From: Bilabrum cf. latius
Taxonomy: Eukaryota
Direction: 5' to 3'
Assembly: GCA_965178125.1 (NCBI GenBank)
Contig: OZ237758.1
Span: 496,001-560,000 of the forward strand
Length of the DNA: 64,000 bases
Part shown: in pieces, positions 1 through 15,000 of the stretch
Position numbering within the stretch: position 1 is the stretch's first letter
Layout of the letters: each line of letters begins with the position of its first letter
Program-made: the position numbers and the translations under genes
Notes under the pieces: generated by a model
The model's database searches: none
What the model was told of the DNA's origin: nothing
Seen by the model: only the letters and a program-made list of their open reading frames with translations

Positions 1-3000
1 TGCGACAGGAATCCACATGGCGCACACTGCCATTCGGGTCTGCAAATCACAGTAAATATCAGATGTGTCATTCAAATTCGTGCTGTTGAGCGGCAAGCTG
101 CCGCAGTCAGCATCGAACACAGCGGTCCCGTTCGGCTGCTTCGGCCCTCGAGGCTAGCGGCTCTCCCAATAGGCCTCCCGCCCCAGCAGCGATGCATCCG
201 TGCGAGGAACTTCGATCATTTCGTCCGAGGCCACCTATTTGGTCGTGCAATCTTCGACACCGAGCTAAGCCAGATACACCACTGTCTTAGTTTGCCCATT
301 TATGCTTCCGGTGTACGAATACCCATTTGAGCCTGAGGGATCGAACCGGAGCCGGCGCGTCTCCCTGCTGTACTGCATCTCAGAGTCGAAGAATGCCTGT
401 CCGCCTTCATCAATCTCGCACGAACCTATTAAGTACTAGTACTCAACAGAGTCTTTGCTTCTTGCGATCCGCCTAGAGCCTTGATAATGTCGAAGTGTGT
501 CATCTCGGATGCTCTTATAGACATTGTGCTGTCGGAGCCACCAAGAGGTGAAAGGTTGCGGCACCTAGACCTCTAAATACTCGCAGCGCGCGTCCAGATA
601 GACGACATCATGGTCATTTTGTAGAACACGCTCGCGACTTCGTGGGAACCCGGGTATAATCGGTCTTCGACTATCGGTGGAGGTGGTCGATGGAGTGGGA
701 GTTGCGCTTCTGGTGCTTGTGGTCGATGGAGTGGGAGTTGCGCTTCTGGTGCTTGTGGTCGATGGAGTGGGAGTTGCGCTTCTGGTGCTTGTGGTCGATG
801 GAGTGGGAGTTGCGCTGCTGGTGCTAGTGGTCGACGGGGTGACACTGGGAGTCGTAGACGGCGAAGCAGAGGGCTTAATAGCTCTGTACCTGCACGACAC
901 TTGCATCCTGTCGATCACGGCAGGCACAAACTTGGTCCCGAGGTTAAAGTCGTCCTGCAGACGAGCGTATCGAGCCGCCCGTGCCTCACAAGCCCGGCTT
1001 GGAACGTGCCGCACAACCCGCTAAAAGACTACTTTAACGGTTTCTGCATCACCCGCTCCATCCGCGAGACGGAATCCAAGACTGGCAGCGTTGACAGCCC
1101 CGAGAGCGGGCGCCGGACCCGGTCCAGGCCGAGGAGAAGCTGCAGGCTCTTGCGCTTGCAGGAACTCTTGGACGTAGGTTGCCGTGTTGCTCTGCCTCGA
1201 TTCTTGCGGCAGGTCAGGCGGGCCGAGAATACCGTGCAACGCCTGAGCTCCATCGATGGCCTTGTTCCCGTCCCAGGCTGCCCCAGCCACCGTGAGGCCT
1301 CGAGACACGCTTTCTGAAAGAGCTACCAGAGGGATCTCCAGTTCAGCCGTGCTGCCAATTGCTGGACCAGATCCGGCTTGTGAAAGCACCGTGCTCCCCA
1401 CGGTAAGGGCACTGTCATCGTCCAGCGTAGCGCTGCTGTTGATGGTTCCGGACCGAATCTTCGTTCGAACCGCAGGGACATGCTCTGGCAGAATGGGCCA
1501 CATTGCCAAGGAGTTCGACGATGGCAGGAATTGCCTGTGGTGAGCTGCTCGATGCACAATTTCACCGACTCCAAGACCCAACAGAGCCAGCGCCCCACTG
1601 CCTCGAAGCTGGATAGAACCGCCGCCTTCGTACGGCTGCTAAACATCTCGCTGCTGTGCCAGTCGCCCCAAGGCGAACGGCTCCACGGCAAATCTCGTTG
1701 AACCAGCTGGAACGTGCAATCGCCATGAATTAGCAGCTGCCATCAGAAAACCAACACTTGCGATAGGGTCGCCGAGCCGGGAGGCCGAGCCTCGATCGAA
1801 CGCCATCCGGATTTGCCGCTCGGTATTTAGGCGTGACTGCCGGAAGCTGGCTCGCTTTCCAGTTTGAGTGGCTACTAGCAGGGGCGGAGTGCGGATCATT
1901 AGAGCCGCGGGGTGAACAAGGTAGTTACTCCCGTTCGTAGCAGCGACCACTACTGGCTGGGGAGGTGCACCGGTACTGTTGTCTGACGCAACGACGTGAC
2001 TATAGTCGCGCTATCTCCACTGCATAGCATAAGATGCTGTTGAGCACGGCTCGCCGCCCAAATACGACTGCGACTCGCCCAAGGCCGCAATTGCCCACTC
2101 TGACCGTGCACCAATCGCAGCGCCAAGAAGCGGATTAGTTGATTCATTGTAGCTTGCGAGGAGGCCACGGGTGGTGCTACCTGGACTAGAGCCCCAAGGC
2201 CATACACCACTGTCGATGGCGCTATTTTCTGGCGCCTTTTCTTGCACATAGGAAGACGGTATGTGCACGGCAAAGAGCTGTACCATGCTTGCAGGAACAC
2301 CACTGGCCATCCAGACGGCGCGTTGCATCGGTGCACAGCCACGGTTGAAATCGAGGCGATCGCCACCAGCTGTGGACGCATTGAACCATCGGTGCGTCTG
2401 CTTCAGCATGCAGCCCAGCTCTTCTGCCACATCGTTTGGATGGTAGGCCGGGCCGGCCGCAGCAGCAGACAGGGCAACATCGACTCCGTCGACCCGCAAG
2501 TCATCGCCGCCAGTCGCCGAAAGCCGAATGCGATCCCTCCAGGTCGTGCCCTGGGGAATCGATTGCACTGCGTCGGTGGATGGAAGCGAATCCACCGAGC
2601 TCGCATTGCTGTGGATCGCTGTGAAATAGCCGGGGGCTGCGCCCACCGCTACCGACGCGCCCTGGATAACAGGGCCAAGGACTGAGCGCACTCTACTGGA
2701 AGTCCATTGAGCCCCCTCTGTCTCGCCGAACCGCAGCGGCCCATGGCCCACGTAGGAGCTAGTGATAGAAAACTGATACCATCGGGTGTTGTTGTCTTCA
2801 GCAGCAAGATTCACTGAGCCCACGTCGCGTGAGACGGCTCCTGTCCGCACAGCTGCGAGTGAGCGGACTGCAGCCGTGGCATCCGCGTCGTACAGAATGC
2901 CGGTACCGAGATCGGCGTCGTGCAGCAGACCATGATCCACGCACCCTACGACAGGCAGTGTTGGCTGCACTCGCCCATAGATTGGTATGGACCTACAAGC

Positions 3001-6000
3001 CATCGTGAAAGCAGCGTCCAGAGTAGCGACTGCCGTTTCAGGTGGAACCAGCCGTACCTCCACTTTCATGGGTCTGCTAATCAGAATAGCATCGAGTGCA
3101 GCGTACACTGCAGAGATGCAGACAGACGGGAAGATTGCCTCGCAAACTTCAACGGCAATCGGCTCAACCGGCACACCGCCAAGCGTAGCAAGAAGAACCA
3201 ATCCCTAGGCTACGGAATGATATTCTGTTTGCTAGTGCCCTACGGTTGCTTGGCCTGATGAGCTGGACAGCCAAACGATTGGAGGGGTGCTTGACGAGTA
3301 CGCAAACTCTCCGGCCTAGGCAGACGTCACCACGCTGGCCCAGCTCATGCTGTCTACAGTGCGTCCGTCTATCGCCTGCACAGACACTGGAACGAAACGC
3401 GCCCCACCCATTCCGCTAGCAAGCTCAATTCGCAATAGGGGCGTGTGCCACATCTGCTGCGAATTTAAGTACTGATCCATGCCAGCATCCAGCTGTGGGC
3501 TGTAGCTTGCGTTCGTACTTTTGTGCAGTCTCGATTGGAAGCTGCGCTGCTCGACACTGTACAGCAGCATGCTATCGGTGGACAGCGATGCGTTTACTCC
3601 GAGGGCGCCTGTTCGCCTGGTCCAACCAGTAACCGCAGAGATGTTTCCCGAGGAGCTGCACGCGATGGCCTGCTGCACCTTCGTTGGAACGGCCCAGCGA
3701 GAGTCACTGCTGGTGCCGGCAGCAAGAGTACCATCCGCCGATATGATCTGCCCCTTCGCGAAAACTTCCATGAACTGCTGCCCGTGTGTTTGCTAGGCAA
3801 CGTCTCTCGTTGCGAGGAGTCGGACAGAGATAGCACCGGCGTCTGTGGCCTCCTCCAACTCTGCAAGCGAGGGTGGAGCCACCAATCCACCATCGCACGA
3901 AACGACCAGTTCGATGACCGCATGTCGAACAGAGAGGTCTGGACGATGCGACCTCGCCGACCCAGACCATGACGCCGACAATATTCTGGTTTGCCTGCAG
4001 CTCATGCCAAGAACTGCAGTATCGAGAACCTCGAAGCTTGACCGCAAGTCCAGGCTAGCATCGGTTGGCGTGCCATGCGCGTGCCGCGCGGAGCGGAGCG
4101 AAACGGAGAGATTGAATGAAACATCATCTGCGTTGCACTCTGCGGAACCAGCAGCATCCTAGCCAACTTGCTGTGCTTCTGTGGCATTCGAACCCTTTTG
4201 TCGTGCTTCTGTGGCATTCAAGCTCTCATGCTGCGTTTCTGTGGCATTCCAGCTCTCTTGCTGCGATTCTGTGGAAACTGTGATGTTCCGGCCCCGTTGC
4301 TGTGTTCCCAATAAGCGCGTCTCGTGTTGGACTTGGTTCACGGCCAGGTGGACTTGAGCCGTCGCTACAATTGGTGACAGGCTCTAGGGACTGTCGCCGT
4401 TGAGATGGCCGTGGAAGTATGCCTTCAATCCATACGGCAACACGTCGAGGGTGAGAGAGTGGCTTGTGCTGCTCGGACCAACGAAGTAATTCGGAGTAGC
4501 TACAGCGGAAATAACCACAGTTCCGTTGCGGAGCTCGTTGCTTAGAATTGATCCCAGTACAAAGCGACCAGGATCCGCTCTGGACAAGTTCTGCTGCCCT
4601 CGTGCGAGCGAGGCGGCAGTCTCCATTGTCTCTGCCAAGCCTCTAAGCGAACCTTCGTACCTGGCGATTGTTCCATGCGTGCCAGTGGCTTCCATCGAGC
4701 TTTCGTCGTTCAGGGCTCCCAACTGAACCAAATGAACGATGCCACGATAGGCAGAACTGTTCAATAAACGACTCCTCGGATCGCTCGGGTCATCATCCGC
4801 GAGCGTGGTCTGGCTGCTCGCTGCGACGGCCAGCGTCACGCTGCCTTGTCCACCTTTGTTGGCGCGTCCAACAGCAGCGATCGCCGCTCCGAAGGAAGCA
4901 TCCACGGATGTTTCTTCCAAGCACTGCGACTCGAACGCCTGAACTATGACCCTTCGATTGTCACAAGCTGGCACACCTTCTGGCAGGGGCGCCAGCGGAT
5001 CGATGAATACCTGGTCGTGTCGGACCGATGCGCGAAGCGGTGGCAGCTCACCAGCGTTGCATGAGGCGGAGAGACCGGAAGCGTGCAAGTCACCAAGGGT
5101 CTAAGTCGCTGTGTCCCGGGGTCGCGGATCGACAATCATGCCAACGCTGGGCAGGTGCGTGCTTCCTCGGAACGATGCATCCAGCTGCACTTCGATCAGC
5201 TCTCCCTGACAATGCAGCGATGCTCTGCTGGAGAAAGAACTCTCAATATCATTGGGATCGCTTTTCAACGGTGGACTGGAGCCAAGGGGCGCAGATTCAG
5301 GAATGAGCAATCCCATGTCGGCCGGAGACAGGCAGAATCCAGGGCTGTACTTGCAGTGAGGCTGAGGGCTGACCCCGAGCACTCGCCATGCGGCTACCTC
5401 AGGCAAGTCGTCTAGTGTAGTACCCGGCTGTGCTCTCGAGTACATGGCAGCTGGATCCAGTTTAGTAGCTCTGGCCATGTCCTATCGCGATCCTATGGAA
5501 TGGGGGGTTTGCAGCCAAACGAGTAGAACGGCACCTTCACGACGAGTTCCAGCACCGGGAGCGCCGGCAGCTACTACAGTTAAGGTAGAGCCTTGGCTGC
5601 CTGCGTTATACCTTCGCTCAACTGCCGATATAGAAGCCAAGTTGCCAGCTCTGCTAGGTATCGATGCTGACGTGGTTCGGTTCTGCACGTAGAACCCTGC
5701 ATCAACAGGCAAAGGTAGCCTGCCGAGGTGCTCAGTGGACGCTCCAAGAAGCGATCCAGGCCCAAAAAGGCTGCTGATATCAGCATGTTCACCGCTTTGA
5801 AGCTGGATCATATCCAAATCCACTGACCCTCCATTGCTCTGCTGGGTTAGTTTGGTGCCTACGCCAGGCGCAGCTAGGACCACTGGGTTGGATACAGACA
5901 CCAGGAGTCTCTCCTCGAGGTCCTGTCTCCTCAAAAGGTCCGGCCCCTCTCCCTGTGTCTCATCTGTCAAAGCGGTCATGTCAACCTGTACGGGCTCGCC

Positions 6001-9000
6001 TGCAGTGTTCAGGGCAATCGGCCTGTCAAGGAGGTCTACGACAAAGTCCACGATGCACAGAGCACCTCGCCTACCGCTGCCCGCCCATGCACGCGGTGCC
6101 CCCACAACGAGTCGGGCCTGGTAGACTCTGATCGGAGGTGGGCGCACCAACGTCACGAGATCGCCATCCATGACTTTGGCTAGCATCGAGTACCCGGATG
6201 CGTTCCTTCGAATTCCGATTGGCCCCGCATCGAGTGGTCTTCGGAACGTGCCGCTGAGATGTGGCGGCAGCCTAGCGAACGAGGCACCAAACAGGTCCCC
6301 AGAACCCCAAGCAACCCTGGTCCGGGTAGTTCCTTGAGCGATAGCCTGGTACGGCCTGTTACTTGATATGTCCATGACGGCGCCGTTTGGCAGCAGAGGC
6401 TTGCCGATAGGAGTTATGAATGCTTCCATGGCGTTGTCCTCATCCTCAGTTTCCCAAGTGACCGTGTCAGTCCCACTCGATCCATCCGAGAAGTTGACTG
6501 CCACCTAAGCGCTCATCTTGACCTTCGGAATAGCGGCTATCCGCAGACATCCAGGCGTTCTTGCGCTGCTCCGGTTCCATTGGATCTCTGTCATGCCCAG
6601 TCTCTCTCGCATGACATGACCGAGCATGAAGTAGTTACCATTGTGCCGATTTGTAAAGCCTGTGTCGTGTGGCATGCAACCCACCCCAAGCGGTGCCTTC
6701 TCTATGCGCACTGTCCAGTCTCCATCTTGCGGTGGAGCGCTTAAAGCAGAGCTAGCAGGCAGATCGGATCTAGGCACAGGAGCACCAAAGGCACCAACAG
6801 CGATTCCAGCTGAGAGCGAAGGCCTGCCGCCATTGCTCGGCTCGACCTCGTTGAAAATTGGGAGCTCCCCCTTGCCATATGCGGCAGACTGAGCAATCTA
6901 CGATCCAAAAGTCGAACTTACTGGCTTTAAGTGCACGCTTTGTACCGTACCACGTACGCAGATTGAGTTGTTGATCGATCGAGAAACCGGTGATAAGGCT
7001 GTAGAATTACCGTATGCTTGGTCGGAGTAGATGAAAACTGCCCCCGCAACCACTATCACTGGCTTCGAAACGAACCGCAAGCGCGCGGTCATGCCACCTG
7101 TGGTCCGATCCATGGCTCCTCTGTCGCACATGTACTCCGCTGCATAGATCGCAGTGGAGCCATGAAGTGAGTTCCAATTTGCCCATCCGAAGTGTTTTGA
7201 TTGCCATCCCAAGTCTTGAATTAGCCTGAATGCACCGCCGGAACGCCAAATGGTGCAGCCGTCCAAATCCGGCGGTTCTGGAACCCCGGATGGGTACTCC
7301 AGCGGCTTAAAAAGTAGTCTTGCAGCGTGCACACCGTCAAGGGTGTTTGGACCGCTCGGCGACGACCGATTCGCAAATAACTCAAGCTACCCAGATACGA
7401 ACACAAAGATATCGGACAACGTTGGATTCTTAGTCGTTGTGGGGCCTGAGCCTGGCGTACGCAGATAGAGAGTGTTGGAGGGGGCAGGATCCGGGCACCT
7501 GTACTCCTGCCTCTGGGGTCCCTCCAAATTGGCATGGAGTGAGTAGCAACTGGTCGTCGTGGACCGCCGTGGGTAGTACTACCTGCCGCTAGCCGATTGC
7601 TCGCCTGGTCTAGTTTCCCAACTGGTCTGCACGGATATGCCGCCGTAGGGCGTGCTTGAAGCTGAATAGAGCACGTCAACTCGACGAATCACGTGGCGAG
7701 TGTTGAAGGGAGCGTAGAACTAGTACTGCTAGGACGGCCCGGTTCTAGTCGACGTTGTGGCCTCGACACCATCTAGAAGGTTAGCATCGCTTGCCTGCGT
7801 TTTCCACTCAAGTTGTCCGGATATGTCAGCATACTTCGGAATGATTCCGCTAGACCCAAGTGGCAGCGACAGCGGTCTCCAATCGCCCTCGCGCGCAAGC
7901 AAGTGACCTACCTGTGAGCTATGGGGCTTCGATGGGTCTTGTCTATCCTTACACTGGCTCAGAGCTGTCATTGCCACATTAACAATCAAGGACCCATTCG
8001 TATCAAGGTGGGTGCCGGCTATCTGCGGACCAAGAGCACCGTAGAGACCAGTGCTTCCGCCAGCTGAACGGCCGTCTCGGAGTCCTGACGCCACAGCTCC
8101 GGGCGTCAACCAAACCGCTTGCGACAATCTGGAATCGGACTCGTTTAATGGCAGATTTCCTCCGGCCTCATGATTGGAACGTTGTACCATACCTTGAACA
8201 GGCACGGTCGCCCACTCGGCAGGTGATGCTTGCGCCACTGCTGGAGCCATCTAGGACACCCAGCCTGCTGTGACTGACACTATTGCACCTGGCGAAACAG
8301 TGTGCAAGTACTTCACGGTAACTTGCTGGGAATTTGCGGAATTTGCAGCTGGAACGCCAATGCAAAGGACCTCCAAATGATGATAAGCCCTCCCCAACTA
8401 GCTTTGCCTCCAGCCCGCCTGCTCACACGGTTCCGATCCTACGTACACCCCAAGTAGGGATCCCATCTGCGCTGACGGCTGCATATTGTCGCAGTACTAT
8501 TTGGTAGTAATGTTAGCTCGCTACAGGCTCTAGCACCCCTGCAAAGAGGATCCGGCTGCCAGCTCTAGCCCGCTCCATTTTCCGACATGCAGTCCGGATG
8601 CTATCTCGGCTGGCACAGCCAAACGAATGGCCAAATGACCATCTTTAATTGCTTTCTACGGATGATTACTGCTCGACGACCTGCATTGAGCACGACGAAG
8701 GGTACTCAAACCTACTTGACCGCTCGGTAGAACTGACACGATGCAAGCTTTACTCCTCGTGGCATCCACACCAGGTTCACCTGCCTGCCATTGATCCACT
8801 GAGGCCTTGGTGATGATGGGGTGAAGAATAAACTTATCGAAGAGATTGTGTCCGTAGGCAGGGGCACTCATCATCACGAAGTCGCGGTAGCCCGTTGTGA
8901 GGGATGCGACCCGACTACTTTTCTCGCATAAGAAATCGTTAGCCGGGCTGCTGTCTTCGGCTGGGACTCTGCGCAGCTACACAGGGTGATCACCGGTGTT

Positions 9001-12000
9001 GAAGTTGCCCGCCTTCCACGACAGAATGTCTGAGTCTTCAAAGTACAGAGCCATCGTGCCTGCCTCTGCCACGAATTGGCCTCTACTTGATTCCGTCTTC
9101 GGCTCAGATATCCTCCTGGTTTCGCAGATCACCTGAGCAGGAGCGCTACCCTGGCCCAGCAGCGCGACGGTGCCACTGATGCGAGACCAAACAGAGTACT
9201 TCCACTCACCCGAGGCTATAGCATCAAGCTGCTGTCGGTCAACGACCGTGCTGGACATGCTCTGGTTCCAAGGCTGCATCGAGGAGCCAAGGGCACTGGA
9301 ACGGGTTCCATCCAGCAGTAGCCTGCCGATGTCAGGATTTATCGAGCCTGACACTATAAAAGCATCACGGGATGCAGCTGTTATGATAGACAACGTGTCT
9401 AGACCAGCGATCGAAGAGGGCCCGAGCTGGAGCGGTTTTGAGCTGGATTTCAAGGCACGGCACGCAGCCGCAGGATCGCTGCCTTGAGCTGAAACGTCAG
9501 CAAGCCGAACGCACCTGGTGCTGCTCTCGGTCCCTACCGAGCTCCACAGTTCCGGGCATGTGTGCTAACTATGACGGCCCCGTGGCTTGATGAAACCATC
9601 GAGCGCATAGTCTCCGCCAGAGGAGGCCTGCACTCGGCCCGAGACCAGACCTCTGGGCGGCCCTGGGATCTATTGCGACGACCCTGGTGGGGCCATTACT
9701 TTGTCGACGAGGACAATTCCAACGCCGGTGGGTCGGCTACTGCCGCGATAGCTTGCATTTAGGGTCTCGCTATATCTATTCGCGACGAACGCTGCTGCTT
9801 CCATGGTGCGTGTCCTGGAGTCTACTCTTGCAAGAAGCCCGCCGGCACGACGGCACTACCGAGCCGCGAATGCCCAGCTGAAGGAGAGGGCTGGTGCACG
9901 CATTGAATCTCCAGTGCTATCAATCTCAAGAAGGTCGGATCCGAGCGCGAGGCATCGTTCATGTTTGTCATACGAGTCCGACAGCGCCCATGGGGCACTG
10001 CAGTGCACTGCTGGCGACTCGTCCGCGGCGTGCAGCGCAGCAACCTCTGGAAGTCTGATTGTGGCGATGCTGCTTGATATTGGCTGCAGAGTACTACGAG
10101 CGCACATGAGGCCCTGCGCAGTCGTGTCTCCATCGTCAACGAGGATGTTGCCTCCGCTTGCAAATTTGAGCGAGTAGGGGGAGGACTGTGGTCCATTCGA
10201 TGCCTCATCGAGGGTGGGCGCCTCGGACCACTCCTGCGTCAGCACCGTGCCGTCCTGGGCCACATAGGGATGTCCACCGCTTTGAAATGATACCCCTAGT
10301 TGAGACACATGAAAGTTACTGGAGGTGCCGTGGCTGCTCTCCTCTGTAGTGCGCGGATACCATGGTCTGGCACCATATCCACGGCACTGTCGGTAGTCAC
10401 TCTGCGCCAAATTCGATGATCTGAAACGGTATATCTCCTGTGTGCAGTACTGCGGGGCATCACTATCATACATACTCCAACCTTTTCCGCACAGATCGCG
10501 GTAGAGATGCGATAGCCTGTGAGCGGCCAATCCATCACCTTCTCTACGCGAGTTTACGTCTCCGGATACGTCTCCTAGCAGCTCGATGCTTTGAACGGCA
10601 ATCGGCTGCAATCGCGAGCCAGGAACCACCGCAATTGCGGCACTCAGCTCCAATGCTGTTCCGTACGCTCCCCCGCATGAGTAAACCGCAGTGGTGACTT
10701 GGTCTACGATGCCACCAAATGCAGATGACGATGGTCGACATGGCCGTCGCTGCGCCTTGTCGCCACCAAGGACCCTCACTCGAAGGCTGGCGCCAAGATC
10801 AAACCTACCTGCCGTTGCAGCGGTAATTGCCACGTCAAAGACTAGACGAGCAGTGCCTGTCGCTGATACCAGGCCCCCTGACAGCGCCAAGCTCACAGGG
10901 TACCCGTCTGGTACGATGGTCATGTTCCAGACCGGAAGTCTGAAGTATTCACGCGAAGAATAAATAGAGGGCTACTCGAACGCCTCTACCTCTGTAATAC
11001 GAAGGTTGGTGTCCTGCATTCCTAATGGGAACACAAGCACGATTTCGTCTCCAAGAGCACCTCCACAAAACGCTGAGTAGGCCTCCGCATGCCACAGCGA
11101 TGTCCTGGGCATGGTGCGATCGATAGGAAGCTAGCTTTCTTCGTTTGCAGCAGACATGCGCCAAGCGTGCTCCTTTGGGGTGATGGTAGACGCGTGTTCA
11201 CTGATACTTTTCGGGAAACTACCGCACCTTCTCACGGCTTGCCCGCCTCTCCAGACTTCCACAGCAACATCGTATCGCGAGTCACTAGGCTTGCCATCCA
11301 CATGCTCGAAGTATCTTACCAGACCAACAGGAAATAGACTAGAAGCCATCTTTAGGCGGAGGTGCTAGTAACGCGGCATGTCGCCTGCGAACTGAACCCA
11401 ATTCCCGACGCTGATGTCTCTGTCTCCAAGTGCCAAGTACTGAAGATTGCCCGTGGCTGGCAAGTTGTTCCCATCAGCAGCCGTCTACCAAAACCCGTCG
11501 TCAATGTCCAACGTGGCAAATAGACCGTAATTCTGTGGACTTGGGCCGGCCAATCTCTCGATTCCTTCGTGCTGCATGCTAAGCGAAGTCTCTGTCTGGG
11601 CCACGACGCGAGTCATTAGGCCTTGGCACAGGTCGATCTTCACATCGAAGTGCCCGCCGCCCCAATGGTTTCCACTGCTAGCTGCACGAACGATCAACCG
11701 GACAGCGCATGGCACCTGCTGCTCGGACAAGTCCAGTTGCGGCTGAGCATCTGGAGGCAGTGAGATTCCACCAGTAAGCTGGAAACGATTGTGCCCCCAT
11801 GCCCGCCGCAACGCCCGGCTGGCCCGGGCGGCCTCCACCCAAAGGGCACTCGAGGACGACGTGGTCGCATCAAACTAGCTTCCAACCCCAGTCCAGTACA
11901 ACGTGGTCGTGGTCGGAGCGACTGGTGGGCTGCTCGTCGAAGCACTCGACCGAATGCCTCCGTCGCTGTCTATGTCGACCTGGACGAGCAAAAAGTCACC

Positions 12001-15000
12001 TCTGGATGTAACCCCGAGATCCATCGCGCCCTCCGTGCCTACTGCAACGACAGCGGGGGTATTTGGGCCAAGTAGCCTTACATCGGCCGTGTCGGATCCA
12101 AAGACCTGCAGACTAGAAGAAATGCTTGGAAGGGCTACTCCGTTGGGGTCTATTCGTTGAATGGATTTGCTGCCTACCACCTGAAGGCTTTCTATATCGA
12201 GTGACGTACTCGCCAGATGAAGTGCTACGGGCGCAGAATCGAATGTGAGCACGACCACACACGCTATGCCTCGACTCTCTCTGGGATTGGTACCCTTTCT
12301 GCATCCGAGCCAGCTTGGACCATTACGTACCGTAGAGGTCGATAAAACGGTATCCGAGATGTCAGTGATTCCAGTCACATGGAGCTGCAGGCCGCTGTCG
12401 GCGTCGCCAGCACTGCGCACCCATACGATACAGTGATCCCCTTCCAGTTTGGACACGACACCAAAGGCACGCTCGCCATGTACACTGAATGCTGCGATTC
12501 CGAAATCGATGGTCATGCTTGGCCTGTATTCACTTGATGTTGCCAAGTGCAATTGATGCAGAGCCTCGCTGCCTGATAGGCCGGCAGAACTTCGCGCGGG
12601 GCTGATACCGGCCGCCATGTGTTGCAAGACGACCCGCCCACTAGACCCACTCGAGCGCTACCCTCGATAGCTAAGAAGCACCTCTTTCGCTGGCACGGAG
12701 CCAGCTACAGGCCAAACAATGGCTCCTGCAGCGAGGTCAGAGCCCAATTGTTCGCTATTTGCAGCACCAAGAGTGAGGACAGACACGGCGGCATGCCGGT
12801 GTTGCCCACTGTGGGCGACCTGTGTCGCATAAAGCTGCGAGGCACGCTCTTCAATGCGGCTTGGGTACTATGTTGGCGCTGCTGGACCCTCGCATACTAC
12901 GGGCTTCGGCTCACAAGTGCTGCTGGGCCTGCCATCCAAGTCAACTAGTGCTACTAGATCCCCTCCTACGCGCCCAGCGCATTGGAGAGACATCACCGAG
13001 TCATTCAAATGCAGAGAATCACCAGAACTTCCCATGGACATCCAAACGCTGCGCCCGACCCCCTGTTTCTATTTGCGGCATTGGTGGCACTTGTTATCCA
13101 CCGACCCAATCTATCCGATGGGACACTGCGAGGGCTTCAGAGAGCACACCGCATATCTGTAGTGGTTCGGTGTCTTCAAGTCGGTCCACCGGCCATGATT
13201 GTACCTTCCTTCGAACAACTCGACGTTCACTGCAATTCCAATATACTACGAAGTACTCTCATTGAAATCATGTCGCCTCGCTCCTGACCCACTGGATGAC
13301 GCTGGTGGTAGCCAGTATGTGAAAGTATCGGCTACCAGCGTGCCATTGAGCTCTCCAAAGCGCCACTTGACATTCGAGATGTTGCTGTTGGACCATCCAC
13401 CCAGCCAGCACTCCTAATCTTCGCCACTTGCAGACTCATCCGAATTCGGAATTCTGCAGGTTGCGCCCGTATCTTCAGCCAACAGTTCATTTGTGGGGAT
13501 CGCAAAATCTGTCAGTCCGGCCCAATCAGTCTGGCAATGCCGCAAATCTTCAGGGGGGCCGTAATCATTGCGGTTTCCTCGGAACAGGCAAGCAGACCCA
13601 TCCCTCGCCAAGTGTACCGGAGCTTTGAGAGCTGCACTATTCGAAGTATACGATGGACTCGGCTTGGAGCAAACAAGCGCTTGGCCAGGAGTCGAAGACG
13701 TGGTGGTAGCAGCAAGCCTTTCATCCCTCTCCCACAGCAACCGTCGGGCATTTGTTGCCTAGAGGTATCTAACGTGCGCTACTTGCCCGCCAGGGATTGA
13801 GCGAGCGCACACTAAAGCAGCAGCATCAGCGGTTGCAGCTTTCTCATCTCCTGCGACGAGGCAGGCAGTAGATACAAAGCCAGAGCTCAGGTTCTTCTGC
13901 GATACAGCGACACTGCCAGGCGGACAAGTCATATTGACTGCTTGTGTGTCCGTCGAAGCTGACTTGGACGAGCTCTACTCGACAGTGCCAGTGCTATAGA
14001 GAACGGATCCATGCTCTGGAATGCAGGCTGCTCCGAACGTCGAATTGCAAGGTTCATCGACCAATGCGCGCATTTGGGACCACCCCCGGCAGATTTGACC
14101 ACCGGCGGATTTACCAGAGTGAGACATGTTCGTTGCAGGCAGCTCCTTGAAGGCTTGCAGAGCAAAGTGATCGCGCTTCAAGATAGTGTGAGGGTGCAAC
14201 CAATCGCTGGATCCTACGCACGTCTGAAGTGCATGGCTATAGCTTCCTGTTGCTACCGCATCACCAGTTACGTCATGTCTGTCTTCCAACCGCAACGACA
14301 AGTCAGCACTCGGCGAGCTCACGATCGCTGCCACGATTTGGGTAGTGCTGCCAGAGCTGGATGCGGACTAAGGCACTTGCAGAACGAAAGACCTGCTATA
14401 CTCCAAGTTTTGAATGAGGCCATCGTTGATCGAGTAAGACGGAGCACTCACGATCGAACCAACGACGGCGTCGACAGTCTGGAGGATTGGCCCGTCCACC
14501 GAAGCAGCAGGCGTGGTAGCGGAGCTGAAACTAGATCTGGAGAGTATGGATCCAGCCAAAGCAACCCAGTCTGCGGCGTTTGCAGCACTATCTCCAAGCC
14601 GTAATTGCCTTGCCGCCAACTAGCACAGTGCCTTGTGGTCTTTTTGGGCCCACCTGCAAGCAGAGTACACTTCAACCTCGGATTGCGAGGAGGTTAGACC
14701 CCGTAACTGTACTTCTGCTTGGGATATAGGTAATTCAACAACCGTATCATCGCCAGAATGTGCAGCGCCCGGTCGTGTGTGGGTGCTGCGCAGCAGCTGG
14801 CGGAGGTCCACTTCGATGCCGTGCATATACCGGCTGAATAGAATCAGTGTGTCGTACCCGTGCATAACTAGCTGTGGGTCTGAGAACTACGAGGCCTAGC
14901 TGCCCACTAATTTGAGCACCTGCGCGCTGGACACGCTTCCCAGCAGGACTGGGTGAAGCAACAAGCCTTCCTCGGACCCGATGCAGATCAAACTGATTGC

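Noticed and set aside
682-835. 36-bp repeats as a CRISPR array
   Set aside because: The units are directly adjacent with no unique spacers and encode an in-frame mucin-like peptide.
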